Positions 39,743 to 53,942 of a stretch of 64,000 nucleotides of DNA are shown here, piece after piece. The notes beneath the pieces are model-generated. The model had not been told where the DNA came from. It did no database searches and saw nothing but the letters and a program-made list of their open reading frames with translations. The stretch lies in the NCBI RefSeq assembly GCF_009914755.1, contig NC_060931.1. One strand, written 5' to 3'. Source of the DNA: the human T2T-CHM13v2.0 reference genome, Homo sapiens. The position numbers and the translations under genes were made by a program. The stretch's first letter is position 1. Each line of letters opens with the position of its first letter.

Positions 39743-40554
39743 TATAGCAAATAGGCACATACAAAGATGCTCAATATAATTTGTTATTTCAGAAATTTAA
39801 TTAAAATTAAAAACACAATGAGATACTCTACAAACATTTTAGAATGGCTAAAATTAAAGAATGACCATATCGAGCATTGGTGTGAATGTGGAGGAATAGA
39901 CTCCCATACATTGCTGGTGGGAATGTAAAGTATACAACCACATTGGAAAATGGTCAGCAAGTTTCGTAAACAGTTAAATATACATCTACCTTATGATACA
40001 GCCACTCTACTCCTAGGCATTTACTCAAGATAAATAAAAGCATATGTTCATGCAAAGACATGAATACAATTTTTATAGCAGCTTTTAAAAACAATAGGCA
40101 AAAAGCTGGAAACAATATAAATATCCACCACGAGCTGAAGGAATAAACATACTGTGGTATGCCCATACAATGAAATACTAGTCAGCAATAAATAAGAATA
40201 AACTATTGATACATGCCACAACAAGGGTGAATCTCAAAATAATTATGCCAAGTGAAGGAAACTAAACTCCAAAGAGAGTCCACACTATATGATTCTATTA
40301 ATATAAAATTCCAGAAAATGCAAACTAACCTATAGTTGATTAGCAGTTCCAAGAACAAGGAAGGATGGGAAGGATTGTGCAGAAACTTTGGGAGCACGTG
40401 GACATGTTCATTATCTTGATTGTAGTGATAGTTTTACAGGTATATACTTATGTCAACATTTATCCAAGTGTATACTTTGTTGATTACTTTTCTTGTAGCC
40501 ATAATGATACGATCATTGTGTATCAAATAAACCTCAGTAAAGCTTTCTAAAAAG

Positions 40555-40925
40555 TAACAAAAGACATAGAAACAGGTTCAACTTATATTTAACAAGAATT
40601 TTAGAAAGAGTAAATACAGTGAGTCAAAGGTAATATTTGCATCAAAATGGCTAAATATTTTTGAGAACTGGGAAGAATAAAAACAAAAATGTGAGTCTAC
40701 AAATTTAGCAAGCATATTTAGTTCGAGCAGAATAATAACAACAGAAAAATTATTAACACCTAGGCATAAGTGTAACAGCAGAAAACCAACAATAAAGATT
40801 AAATCTTTAAAACACAAAACAAAAACAGAGCAAGATTTACAAACATACACATTTCTAAATGCAAACGTTATCATCTGCAACAACAGAGCCCAGATGACAA
40901 TGGGAAAATAGCTTAATGGTTGCCG
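40555..40925 (+). mobile_element. Very old L1 ORF1 region, right part
   Basis: aaaagacatagaaacaggttcaacttatatttaacaagaatt...ggtaatatttg...aatggctaaatattttt continues the ORF1 interrupted at 33180. Confidence 0.55.
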
Positions 40926-40934
40926 AAACTCACT

Positions 40935-41480
40935 AGTCTGAACTTAATCCTGAGGAAGTGGTGGGTCCTGAAGGCTTTTAAGTAGAGGAGTGATAAGACC
41001 AGATTTGTATTTTAGGAAGATCCATCTGGCAAAGTTCAGATCAAGAGGATTTAAGCTTTTGTAATTCAAGAAGTAAGGGCTGAGAGCCTGTACCAAGGGG
41101 CAAGGGGAATGGAAAGAACTAATGAGGAGGTGGAATTAAAGGGATTTGGAACTGAATGTTTTAGTGAACAAAGACAGGAATCAAGAATGACTCCTCAGTT
41201 TCTGGACAATACAGAAGAAACTGATTTGAGTGGAGAGTAAATGATGAGTTCAGTGTCCTTGCAGAGAGAATTTGAATGCCTAAGATTATCCAGTTGGAAC
41301 TGTCTAAACAGATCTGTGTTTGTTTTGTTTTGTTTTGTTTTGTTTTTTTGGATATGTGACAGTCTGGAGAAAAAGACTGGGAAGTTATCCAGGATCTTCA
41401 TAGGTATGAATTAAATTCATCTGCCATGAGTGCATTGAATAAGAAGGGAATTTATCATACAACAGGATCATCTAAGGAAT
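40935..41480 (-). mobile_element. L2 fragment
   Basis: gaaggcttttaagtagaggagtgataagaccagatttgtattttaggaagatc...aatgatgagttcagt. Confidence 0.75.
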
Positions 41481-42584
41481 CCTTATTTACTGTTTTGACT
41501 ATTATAAAGAATTCAAAGAATAAGTACAAATTGGCTAAACTCCATTGCCCACATATAATAGCCTTGTTGACAGCATTCCATTATGTAATGTATATTTGCA
41601 TGTATAAGGAAAGGATATATAAATATGCAAACTTATTTTAAATGGCATTATATTATATATGTTACTTTCAAAGTAATTACTTTCATTTTAACTGAATTTC
41701 ACAGAAAATAAAAACACCAAAAAGAAACTTGAAGGACTCACTGAATTTGAAGAAAATATTTCTTCAACCTCAAGAAATATTGTCTTCTAAAAGATTTCAG
41801 AAAGGTTATAATATAATATGAAAATACGAAGTGATTTTTTAATATACATGTTTACAAATCAAAAAGTCCCAATGGCTCCTTGTTAACCTTTAAACTAATT
41901 TCCCAAATGATGTGTACACAAGTCTTTTTTGAATCTTGTCCCAGTTTTCCTTTCCTTTCCATATTCATGTCCCACCACACCTACCCACACACCAAAACCT
42001 CCAAACCCAATTAACAACTCTAAGTAGAATGAAATCTCTGAGGACATTCAGGTATATCTACATTGTGTTTCTGCCTTCACCCAGAGCAAATTGCCTCACT
42101 GCAAGTTTAAGTGATCCTTAAACACGTATGACTCCTCCTAGCATGCACCTGCCACTTTAATTTATTAATTGGTGATTAAGTGTGCTTTGATGCTACGATG
42201 GCTTCCTACTAAGAGAAAGGCTTGTAAAAATCAGTCTGCTACCACTGCCTTCAGAAAAGCTGACTTAGAACCCTTTCTCTCCAACGTTACTTTAAGCTGG
42301 GGTGAGGGGTTGGAGTTGGGTGGACAACTAAGTGAATTCACTAATTATGAAAGGGCTGGGCTGGCAGTCCCGAGAGTTCAGATGCTCTTCCCTCTGAAGA
42401 TGGAAGACATTGCCCAAGTACAGCCACCATCTCCCGACAGCACATCTCAACCCTGCCTGAGACAACAAATAATCTAGCAGCTCCTTTCTTCAGAGTATGG
42501 AAATCTTGTAATATAAGAGTAAACCTATGGGTTGGTCTCTAAGTGCAAATCCTCCACTGATTTTCATAAATGGCCTTAAGTTGA

Positions 42585-42845
42585 GGTATCAGTGCAGAGT
42601 GATAAAGAATGCAGGCTTTTGATTCCTAAAGACAGGTTCAAACCTCAGCTCTACAACTTACTCCCTGAGTGACCTTGGGCAATTTGCTGAACCCCACTTT
42701 ATTTCCACTTCTTCACCTGAGAAATGGGGCTAATTATAAAACCTACCACACAGTTTGATCATGAATATTAAATTATCTAACACATAAAACAATTGGACAA
42801 ATAGAAAATGGCTAATCATATATTGAATGGTTAATAAATACTTTT
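42585..42845 (+). mobile_element. MIR (near full length)
   Basis: ggttcaaacctcagctctacaacttactccctgagtgaccttgggcaa...gaaatggggctaat. Confidence 0.8.
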
Positions 42846-43489
42846 AACAGTAATAACCTTGTAAAAACTGATGGTGGCCAATGGCTAGTCTGAGTTATGA
42901 ATAGAAAGAAGGGGGATAAAAAGGAGGCAGGGAATAAAAATTTGGAGAGAGAAAAGAATAATCAAAATTAAGGGCATGCGACAGCTTTATGTGCAACATC
43001 CAGTTAATTAAATAAGAAGTCATGTTTGAGATCCTGAATTACTCAAATTAGTCATTGGTGCTGAATCAATCACTTCCCAGCCCTCTCCCTGAATCTGCAC
43101 TGGATAGATATGGAAATAACCAAGACTCAAAAGCAGCAATGTATGAAAGTTGTTTGTCTTCTACGGTAGGGAAATATGAACCTTCTAGACCTACTACTCC
43201 CCAAAGCAACAGGAGCTTGTAGTTCTAGTAAAAATAGTGACCGTGATGCCATATTTGAGAAATGCTTTCCTCAGCTGGGTCCCTAATGTCTTAAACAAAG
43301 GAAGACTCTACTTCACCTCCTAGAACTTTCCTTCTGCTTACTTCTTTTTACAATCATTTTTTCCTTCTCATTTACTTTTTTTTCTTCAGTAAATTTTCTT
43401 CTCTCAATTATCATTTGGAAGAAAAAATAACATGTGTCACTTCCATGTAGATTTCTTGGTGCTTAATTCCCCCAAGCTCTCTTCTTCCT

Positions 43490-43707
43490 GTTGTGGTAAA
43501 TTCTAACACATCACATTAAGTTAAAAACACCATGGAATTGAAGCCGTGTGTTTTGAAAGCCATTGCATGGAGGACAACTCTCCAAAAGAGATTTTCAGAT
43601 CCGTATCAGGCTTTGCACAAGAGAAAAAGGAACTCTTCTTGGGTAAGTCACTGAGATTTGGCTGTTGTTTCTTACTCAGCATTACTCAGCCTATTCTGAC
43701 TGATACA
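43490..43707 (+). mobile_element. MLT1 LTR 3' part
   Basis: taagtcactgagatttggctgttgtttcttactcagcatt...ctgactgataca. Confidence 0.65.
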
Positions 43708-45244
43708 TAGTTGCCTGTCCTTTTCATCCTGCTACAAATGAGATAAAACAATAATGATTCTCACTAAGAATTTGCAATCCTAAATCTGCTCTCCAGCAGA
43801 TCTAGGGTTCAATTCACACTTCCTGCATACAGGAAAATCCAAGCCCAAAAAAGTTTAATTAAATGTTAACATGTTATTCATATCAAACTCACATTTTTCT
43901 GAAAAAAATTATCGCCAGTGATACAATAGTTCATGTTCAACTAAGTAGGAGCTTAGAATACCAGAGAGTGTATTTCCATACACTGGGGAAACCTACCACA
44001 CTGTTTGGTAGAAAAGTAAGCAGATAAAGAACAAAGATCAGAGCCTCTCCAGTATAACTGGTGTTACAATGATCACATTTACAACATAAAGTCAATATGT
44101 TTGAAATATTTCAAGATAAATATGGACTGTAAAAAATTAGCAAGCAGTGTGGCACTACCAAAATGATCAGGTTTAGAAATAGATATAATTATTTCAGTAA
44201 AAGCAAAAACCCTCAATGGATTAGGCAACTGAAATGAGAGTTAGTAAGGTAAAAGTTAGAAATAAAGAAACTTACCTAATAGGCAGCATAGAAAGCTCAG
44301 GAGATGGAAAATATAAAAAAGAAGGGTAAGGCATGGAGGATAGGCAATGCAAATTTATTCTTTGTATAATCTTACCTGACAAACAAAAAGAACCTAAAGA
44401 GATTGACTTCCAGGAAAATGGTGAGACCAGTTCACGCTATAGGCAATCTACAGACAAGAACCTCCAGCCATGTGATCAGAGCTGCCAATCAACAACATAG
44501 AACTCTGCTCTGGCAATCAGCAACTAGCCAAGAACAACAGCACTGCAGCAGAAGTTCTCAAGCACAGAAGACAAAGTCCACAAAAATAAATAAAAGCAGC
44601 ATGGATCAAACAGACTATAAAGGGAGATAAATACTTTAAAAATCTATTATTAATTTCAGAGAAATAAGAAATTATATTGCATCCACAAAACAAGAACTGA
44701 GTGCTTTAAAAAATAATAATAAAATTGGAAAGAGCACTTGGAAATAAAAATCACATTGACAGAAATGAAAGACTCAGCAGAAAAGTTCTAAGATAGAGGA
44801 AGTCTCCCAGAAAAATAGAGCAAAAGGACAACATGGAAAACAATGGACACAGCAAAGATACAAATGATACTTAGAAAATCAGTCCAGGGTGAACAGAGAT
44901 ACTTCAAAAACATTCCAGACATGAAGAACACAATTTTCAAATTGAAAATTACCATCTGGTACCCAGTATAATGGATGAAACTGGGCAGGCAACAGATGAC
45001 ATTATGAAATTTCAGTATACTGAGGATAAGGAAGAGATCCTAAGAATGTACTTTGTAAAAACCATGTTGGAACATAGAAGGCAATGGAATAAGGTCTTAG
45101 AAATTCTAATTAAAATTTTTTGTGAACAGAATTACATAGGTATCAAATTGTTACTCTATTGTGAGGGTAGAATAAAAATGTTACATGTGCAGGGTATAAA
45201 ATATTTATTTCCCATGCATACTTTCTCAGGAAGCCAGTGACACC

Positions 45245-45733
45245 TACATCAATTTGGTTGACAGCAGGAAATAAAGGGCACACTGAAAAGGAGGGAAATC
45301 GAGTCTAATTGAGGTATATTTTACAAAGGTGTGGGGCAGGCAGCAAGGAGGAAAGGGGATGAAGCACTCCTGTGCTAGAAATGATGGGAAACAATTATCA
45401 TCCCTAGGCCAGAAGGGCCGAGGAGGGCAGTGGTTTCTGGAAAAAGAGTAGCTTTACTTTCAGTCAGGGCAGCCCTAGGAACTTGTGGAATTCAGTGAAG
45501 GAACATGGACAGCTAGTGGGGACTAGGACAGAGGGAAGCCATGGTTAAACACTCTGGCATTGTGCCCCTCTTCTTCTGTCTCCTGTTGGTGCTTCCTGCT
45601 GGCCTAGTCCACTAGCAAAGTCAGAGAGCAAGAGATTTATGCAGTGCATAAAAATCAGCCTCGCAGGACACAAAGTAGTAGAAAAGTCCGGAGAGTGGAT
45701 CTGTGGGGCAACTAAGACTGTCTGTGCAGCACA
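45245..45733 (-). mobile_element. LTR41-like ERVL LTR
   Basis: atattttacaaaggtgtggggcagg...ccctaggccagaaggg...ggagagtggatctgtggggcaa. Confidence 0.65.
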
Positions 45734-46282
45734 CTCTCCTAAACCCAACAATGAGGGTTGCCAAAAGCAGGAAAGAAATCAGATCCAAGAAACAGCTTCC
45801 AACTCAGGAAAGAGGCAAACACATTCCCAAAATCCCAGCAAAAGTAGTAGAGCTAGAGAACAATTAGCGCATTCTGGAGTAGGTCAGAAGTCTCCAAGAA
45901 AATGAAAACAATACAACACCTAATGTGTTTGAAGTGTTTACAGGTGGCTTTGTTAAACAGGAGAGAGTTTGGATACGTCATATTGTATGAAACTAAACAA
46001 ATAAAAAAAAAGACAATTGTTGACTATATAGAAAATAGACATTTGTACAATAAGAAGAAGATATCATGGATATTAGATGATTAAATATAAAAGGATAGAA
46101 ATAATGTACTAAACAAATTACCAAACAAAGTAAGTGTAGTTCTGTGAATTTCAGACATAATAGATTTCTCATATAAGATTATTTATTGGAGAGTAAAAAA
46201 GTTGCTACACAATGAAAAAATTTCACATTACTAGGAATCAAGTAACCTAATATCTCAAGTATACAAACAAAATTATTTTTTA

Positions 46283-46634
<352 letters not shown>

Positions 46635-46958
46635 TCACTATCATAGTGGGAATCACTTAACATTTGTTATTGATAAGTCAAACTAACATCCCCAATAGTA
46701 GAGATACAGGAAATTTGAACAATACAATTTACAGGCTTGAGAGAGATAAATACATAGATAAGTAGATAGAAAACTAAGTACTCAATAATTAAAGAATATA
46801 CATTTTCTATCTGCTTTATATACACTGTAATATTTATTACAACATTACATACTAAGCTCTTAAAAAATCTCAGCAAATCTGGTATCAGCCAGATTGTGTT
46901 TTCTGACAGCAATGGAACTAATTTACAAATCTAAAAACGAAAAGATGGCTAAGAAAAA

Positions 46959-47116
46959 GGCGCACGCCTGTAGTCCCAGCTACTACTCGGGAGGTTGAGA
47001 CAGAAGAATCGCTTGAACCCGGGAGGTAGGGGGTTGCAGTGAGCTGAGATCACTCACTGCACTTCAGCCTGGGTGATAGAGCTAGACTCTGTCTCAAAAA
47101 AAAAAAAAAAAAAAAA
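46959..47116 (+). mobile_element. 5'-truncated AluS (right arm)
   Basis: ggcgcacgcctgtagtcccagctac...gactctgtctc followed by poly(A). Confidence 0.9.
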
Positions 47117-47397
47117 GACTGTATTTATACGGAAATTTTAAAATGTGCTTCTAAATAATGCACAAGTAAAAGTCAAAATCATATTTTAAAGTATGAACTA
47201 CTGGAATGGAATGGTACATAAAAACTACATTTTAAAACTTAAAATGGGTTAAATCTAAAGTGTTTCTTAGAGGAAAATGTTTAGTCTTAAATGTCTTATT
47301 AGAAAGAAAGGAGAAATAAAATTAATGAGCTAAGTATTCAGCTAAAGAAGCTGCAGAAAGAATCACAAAATAAACTTTAAAAAAACAGATAGAAGAG

Positions 47398-47619
47398 GGC
47401 TGGGTATGGTGGCTCACATGTGTAATCCTAGCATGGGATTTGGGAGGCTTTTGGGAGGCTGAGGCGGGCATGGTGGTGCATGCCTATAATCCGTGCTACT
47501 TGGGAGGCTGAGGCAGGAGAATCGCTTGAGCCAGGAGGCAGAGGTTGGAATGAGCTGAGATTGTGTCACTGCACTCCAGCCTGGGCAACAGAGTGAGACT
47601 CCAACTCAAAAAAAAAAAA
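47398..47619 (+). mobile_element. AluS with internal deletion
   Basis: Left arm jumps from gaggcgggc directly to the right-arm atggtggtgcatgcc. Confidence 0.88.
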
Positions 47620-48100
47620 GTAGATAGAGTAGATAGAAGCTATAAGTATGATATCAGATATTAATGAAATAGAAAATAAAATTTAAAACAATGAACAAAG
47701 CCTAAAGCTGGTTATCAGAAAAGAATTATGAGACAAAGCTCTAAGGACATTGCTCAAGACAAAAGGAAGAAAAGGCATACATGAACAATATAAAGAAAAT
47801 GCTTTTAAAAGTCAACCTTAATCAACATATTTAAATACTTAGAAAATGGCATGTTTTTACAAAATATAACTTAGCAAATAGAATGCAAGAAAAATCTTGC
47901 AACATTAAGAAATTGAATCAATTGGTTAAAATCTTCCCAGAAAGAAAACACCAAGCCCAAAATATTGCACTGGAAAATTTTACCAAACTTTCAAATCACA
48001 AAGTATTCCAGTGTTATTTAAAGTCTTCCAGAGAGCATAAATGGTGGTGCACTCCTCACTCATTATATGATGAACCTAAGATTAGTATGACAAAATAAAC

Positions 48101-48144
48101 AGAACATTATGTACAAGAAAATTATGTACAAGAACATTATGTAC
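48101..48144. repeat. 15-bp tandem repeat x3
   Basis: AGAA(C/A)ATTATGTACA repeated. Confidence 0.9.
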
Positions 48145-48758
48145 CACTCATAAATATGTATGCAAAAATCCTAAACATAATTTGACAGTACAAATTCACC
48201 AGCGTTAAAAATAAATATGCAATGGCTAAATTGAGTTTATCCCAGAAATGTAGGACTGATTTAAAGTTAAATAATCTGCAGATGTTGAAAATGGCAGGCC
48301 AGCTCTTTAGACTAAACTTCCTACTGAAAAGAATTTAAAATGCTGCATAGAAATCTTTTTTAAAAAAATCACCAAACTTCTGAAATACTGTAAGAAATTC
48401 TTAAGCAAACATCTAAGAAAAGCAGGACAGTAGGAAGAGATCCAGAACAACTTCAGATACAATAAATATTATATACAGAAGAAGCATGGCAGAGCAATGG
48501 GAAAAGGATTTAATTCCTAGTGCTTGACCGATGGATTAATCTCATAGAAAAATAAATAAGAGACTTATACCCCTATGCCAACTGAAAAATTAATTCCAGA
48601 TGAATTAAAGACTTAAAAATAAAACTTGATAACTTTGGAAGAGAAGGTGGATCTTTATTATCTCCAGGAAAAAAAGGATTCAGTAAATAAGATACAAAAA
48701 GCAAAACTCAAAAGAAAATAAATTCTGCTATGTACATATTATAAATATCTGTTTATGA

Positions 48759-49124
<366 letters not shown>

Positions 49125-50697
49125 AAAAATATTTTCAATGCATGATCTCCGAAAGGGATTATTATCTAATATTTTGAAAGGACTTATATAAATCAATTTT
49201 AAAAAGTAACATGAAAATTGGCAAGAATATAAATAGGCAACACATTAAAAAAAATGAAAACAAATTAACAAATGACATGATGCTCAATTTTGTTAATAAT
49301 GAACCAAAGGCAAATTAAAATCATGACATACACTCTTAAACCCAAAAGATTGGTAAATTTTAAGAAATGAAAAACATTTTGTGAGCATGTAGAACAATGG
49401 GGATTCATACTCTGTTGCTGACAATGTAAATTGGTTCAACCATTTTAGAAAACAATTTGGCATTTTCTCTTAAATTTGGAGATATGCATAAGGTATGGCT
49501 CAGGAATTTTACTCTTATTTTATGTCCCAGAGAAATGCTTGCAAGCATATCCAATATGACATGTACATAACACCAGTATTTGTTGTAATAATAACTGGAA
49601 ACAGCTGCTGTCTATAGGTATAGCCATGCAATAGAATACTATACATAGCGAAATATAATTACACTGGCACACATCTACATGGGTGAGTTGGGAAAATGAA
49701 AAGTTGAGACATCAATACAGTTGCCAAAGAAGACAGGTAGAACTGTTCCTTTTCCATAAAAGTCAAAATTATATGAAGCATCACAATATCTGTGTTTGGG
49801 AAAGCATTCTTATGAGGCAAAACCATACCAAAAGCAAGTGATTCATAAATGTAAATTTCACAATAGTGGAAACTTAGCTGGGGAAGGATGGGAGTAGTAA
49901 CAATGAGAGGCACAAGAAGGTGTTTGACACTATTAGTCATGCTCTATTGCTTAAGCTTTGTCGTTTACTTGATTAATTGGATTGTTAAAAAGTAAAAACC
50001 TCATCTCAATTAGGGAAAAGCATCTCACCACAACCTGCAGGGATTTGCTCAGCTCAGCCCTCTCCACCTCTGCAGTTTCACTTACCACCTCTCTAACATA
50101 TATTTATCATTTTCCAAACACACTGGCCTTCTTTTAGTTCCTCAAAAACTCCAAATGTTTTCCCATCTCTGTGCTTTTTCTGCTATTCCTTCTGCCCAGA
50201 AAATTTAGTGAAGACTCAGGAAAACCTGTCCCTGGGAAGCATAAAAAGGCCCCTCAGAACAATGTGAAACTCAGGCAGTGAAGACCATGCTCTCAGTGTT
50301 TAACTATCATGCTCCATCCAAATCAAGGAGTGTGAAAACCAGGAGAAGTCATGAGTATCTGGTCCAGTGCAAATTGGAGCAAAGTAGCAGCACATGCCTC
50401 AAGTCATGTTTCCTAGAAGATTCCTGCAAGACTGATAACAGCAGAACTTAATACAGAAAAGCAAATTCCAATAAATAAATGAAATCCTACACTTCATTCC
50501 CCTGGATATTTGTTTCCTGCTTGGCTCCAAAGCTCAGGGTGCAGGTTTGGCCCCAGAGTCAGGTGGGTGGCTGACATTCAGCACTAGCATTAGCTGTGCT
50601 GCACAGCAGCCTGGGTCAGGACTGGGCAGACTCCTCCAGGAGAAGCACTGCAGGAATTAGGATGGAAAAGTTAAGCAAGCAAACAAACAAAAAAACA

Positions 50698-51090
50698 ACT
50701 TTGGAGTCGTTTTACCTCTAGGTGTAACTAACTTTGTGACCATGAGCAAGTGAAAACAGGAAGTTTAGGAAGAAACTTGAGCGTGTACTAAATGCCACCT
50801 CATCCTAAATGCTTTACATGTTGCTAATTACTCACCACAATCAAAATTTAAAGTGGATTTCACTGCATTGTGTTTCAGATGGATGACTTCACCATAGACA
50901 TTATGTCACTTTTCTGAGGTTAGGAAGTAGCCAATCTAGGATCCACCTGATTCCAAGTCTGATGCTCTGTTAGCACATCCAGCTGTTTTCTATCAGATCT
51001 CTGTGGGCTTCAGTCTCCTCATCTATCAAAACAAACAAACAAATATGGGATTGCAACAAATGATACCTTCTGCCTCTTTCATATTTTCAG
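50698..51090. mobile_element. MIR (+) apparently split by a second MIR (-)
   Basis: tgtgaccatgagcaagt ... [antisense MIR at about 50770-50985] ... ctctgtgggcttcagtctcctcatctatcaaaa. Confidence 0.5.
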
Positions 51091-51398
51091 TCCTAGCAAT
51101 GGCAATGCTGGTATCAGCTCCGTATTCCTCAGCTCTTTGCCTATGGTAGGGAAGACTCATGAAGACATTCATCATGTCAAGACCTTGCAGATTTGCTTTT
51201 GGACTTCCAAACTATTGTCCTCAAAGGAATGTGAAGAATAATGACTTCTTCAAAAGCTGGAGTAAATTTATAACATCTTAGGGCCTTTCCTTCAATTTGA
51301 AGGCCCCATTCTTGGTGCTGACAAATGCTGAATGAAGGTTGGCTGCCCCATGCTGGAACAATCACTAAAATGAACAATAGGAAGATGTTGAGGTCAAA

Positions 51399-52257
51399 TG
51401 TATTAGTTTTCTGTTGCTATGTAATATATTACCACGAAACTTAGCAGCTTAAAGTAACACACATTTATTATCTCACAGATTCTGTGGGTCGGTATTCTGG
51501 AAACAGTTTCTGTGGGTCAGGATTCTGGACACAGCTTAGGTGAATTTCCTGCTTAGAATCTCACAAGGCTGTAATCAAGAGATTGCCTGAGCTGTGTTTT
51601 CACCTGGAGGCTCCACTAGGGAAGAATCTGCTTCCAAGTTCACTCAGACTGTTGGCAGATTAATTTCCTTGCAGTTTTAAGACTGAGGGTCCCAGCATCT
51701 TGCTGGTATTAGTTGGAGGCTCCCTCAGCTCCTGTAGGTTGCCCACAGATCCTGACTTTCACTCACGTCCATGTGAAGAGACCACCAAACAGGCTTGTGT
51801 GAGCAATAAAGCTTTTTAATCACCTGGGTGCAGGCGGGCTGAGTCCGAAACGGAGTCAGTGAAGGGAGATAGGGGAGGGGTCGTCTTATAAGATTTGGGT
51901 AGGTAGTGGAAAATTATAGTCAAAGGGGGTTGTTCTCTGGCTGGCAGGGGTGGGGGTCATAAGGTGCTCAGTGGGGGAGCTTTCGAGCCAGGAGAAGGAA
52001 TTTCACAAGGTAATGTCATCAGTTAAGGCAGGGACCGGCCATTTTCACTTTTTTTGTGGTGGAATGTCATCAGTTAAGGCAGGAACTGGCCATTTTCACT
52101 TCTTTTGTGATTCTTTACTTGCTTTGGGCCATCTGGACGTATACGTGCACGTCACAAGGGATACCATGGCTTAGCTTGGGCTCAGAGGCCTGACACTAAC
52201 CACACAGGCTTTCCCAAAATAGCCTGTTACTTCATCAAGCCCAGTGGCAGTCTCTAG
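51399..52257 (-). mobile_element. MLT1D LTR (partial), interrupted by LTR7
   Basis: tgtattagttttctgttgct...atttattatctcacag...gggaagaatctgcttccaag. Has a 28-bp tandem duplication at 51474-51529. Resumes after 52200. Confidence 0.85.
51757..52195 (-). mobile_element. HERV-H solo LTR (LTR7B-type)
   Basis: Reverse complement of TGTCAGGCCTCTGAGCCCAAGCTAAGCC...GGACGTGAGTGAAA. 51-bp U3 tandem repeat at 52012 and 52063. 5-bp TSD CTGAC/CTAAC. Confidence 0.93.
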
Positions 52258-52394
52258 AGTTCCATTTATGTTTACGTACATGAACAACTGCTTTTGCCTA
52301 GCACTAGGTATATGATGTGTCGTCCTTACTCCCAATTCCATTTTTTATAGGAGATTGGATACATAAATACCTAAAATTAAGTACCCAGTCAATC

Positions 52395-52515
52395 ATGAAA
52401 ATGTTCTGGAATTAGATAGTGGTGATGAGTGCACAGCTTTGTGAATGCACTAAAACCACTGAATGGCACAACTTAAAAGGATAAATGTTATGATGGATGA
52501 ACTACATTCAACAAG
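52395..52515 (+). mobile_element. L1MB 3' end fragment
   Basis: atgaaaatgttctggaattagatagtggtgatg...actaaaaccactgaat. Confidence 0.8.
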
Positions 52516-53070
52516 AACAACTAAATCCTTCAAACTATTCATAAAGTGTACATGCAAAATAGAAATTTCATACCTGCAAGGATTTAGAGAATGTGCTTTT
52601 CATGTACCTATTCTTTAAAAGCTACTAAAGAATGTGCCTTGGGAAAACAAAAAATTCAATCAAAAAGAGGAGAACATAATACTTGAGAAACCATGAAGAC
52701 AGATGACAGGTCCTAGGACAGGAGCTATACAGTAGGCTATGCTGCAGGAATGCAGTTGCAAATGCTGCCAAAATTCCCAGAAAGGATGGCCTGAATCCAC
52801 CAGAGACACTCAGCCATAAATCCCCAGCAAGCAGCACACAGGGCATTTCTAGAGCCCAGACCTTCCCTAGAAAAGATGACACCACTGAAAAGGACTGACA
52901 TTATTTAGAAACCCCCAGAAATCTAAGCTGGGGAATAAAACACAGACATTTGGCCTTCTGCCCATAAACTTGGATCCATTGGGGATTCTACTAAAACGAT
53001 TCAAAACTTTACTCAGCCATTAACATGGTAGTTTGGTAAACTGGTTTTATAACTCATCTATCAACTTTTG

Positions 53071-53372
53071 CAAACGAGGCATATTTATTTCTCACAGTTC
53101 TGGAGGTTGGGAAGTCCATAATCAAGGTGCTAGCAGATTTGGTGTCCAGTGAGGACCCGCTTCCTGGTTCAAAGGCAGCCATCTCTTCACTGTGTCCTCA
53201 CATAGTGGAACCGGCAAGGGAGCCCTCTGGGCTTCTTTTATAAGGGCACCAATCCCATGACCTAATCATTTCCCCAAAGGCCCCCACCTTCTAATATCAT
53301 GTCCTTGGGCATTAACATTTCAACATACAAATTTATGAATTTTAGGGAGATGCATATATTCAGACCATAGCA
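53071..53372 (-). mobile_element. MLT1A-type LTR (partial)
   Basis: atttatttctcacagttctggaggttgggaagtcc...ttttataagggcaccaatccc...attcagaccatagca. Confidence 0.88.
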
Positions 53373-53627
53373 CAAGTCAATAAGTGAGTAAAACAAGGAG
53401 AGAGAGAAGCACACATTTTCTTCTGTAGAATAGCAAAGAAGTAGATTTTTGAAGAAGTAGTGATAAATAAAACTCAATTCAGTCGTGGCCAAGTCATCAG
53501 AGCAAGGAATACCCATTGGATGCTCGTCACTCTGCATTCCCATACACTATATTTCAGCCTGCTTAGTGCAAACTATAAAAAGTAAGTAAGCAATAAATCT
53601 GTTAAATGATAATATATATTGTACTCT

Positions 53628-53942
53628 ATTTGTTTTTTAAATAATTTTTATTGTTTATTATTATTCTTTTTAGAGACAGAGTTTTGCTCTGTCACTCAGG
53701 CTGGAGTCCAATGGCACAATCATAGCTCACTGTAGCCCCAGACTCCTAGGCAAGTAATCCTCCCTCCTGAGTAGCTGCAGATATGCATCACCACACTCAG
53801 CTGATTTTTAAATTTTATGTTGTGTAGAGACAGGGTATCACCATGTTGTCCAGACTGGTCTTAAACTCCTGGCCTCAAGCAATTCTCCTGCCTTGGTCTC
53901 TCAAAGAATTGGGATTACCATCATGAGCCACCATGCCCAGCC
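53628..53942 (-). mobile_element. AluJo
   Basis: Diverged dimer with atcatagctcactgtagcc and actcctggcctcaagcaat. Confidence 0.9.

Noticed and set aside
52012-52110. Repeat unit or repeated peptide resembling a CRISPR-like array
   Set aside because: It is the normal U3 tandem repeat of LTR7B; no spacers, eukaryotic context.
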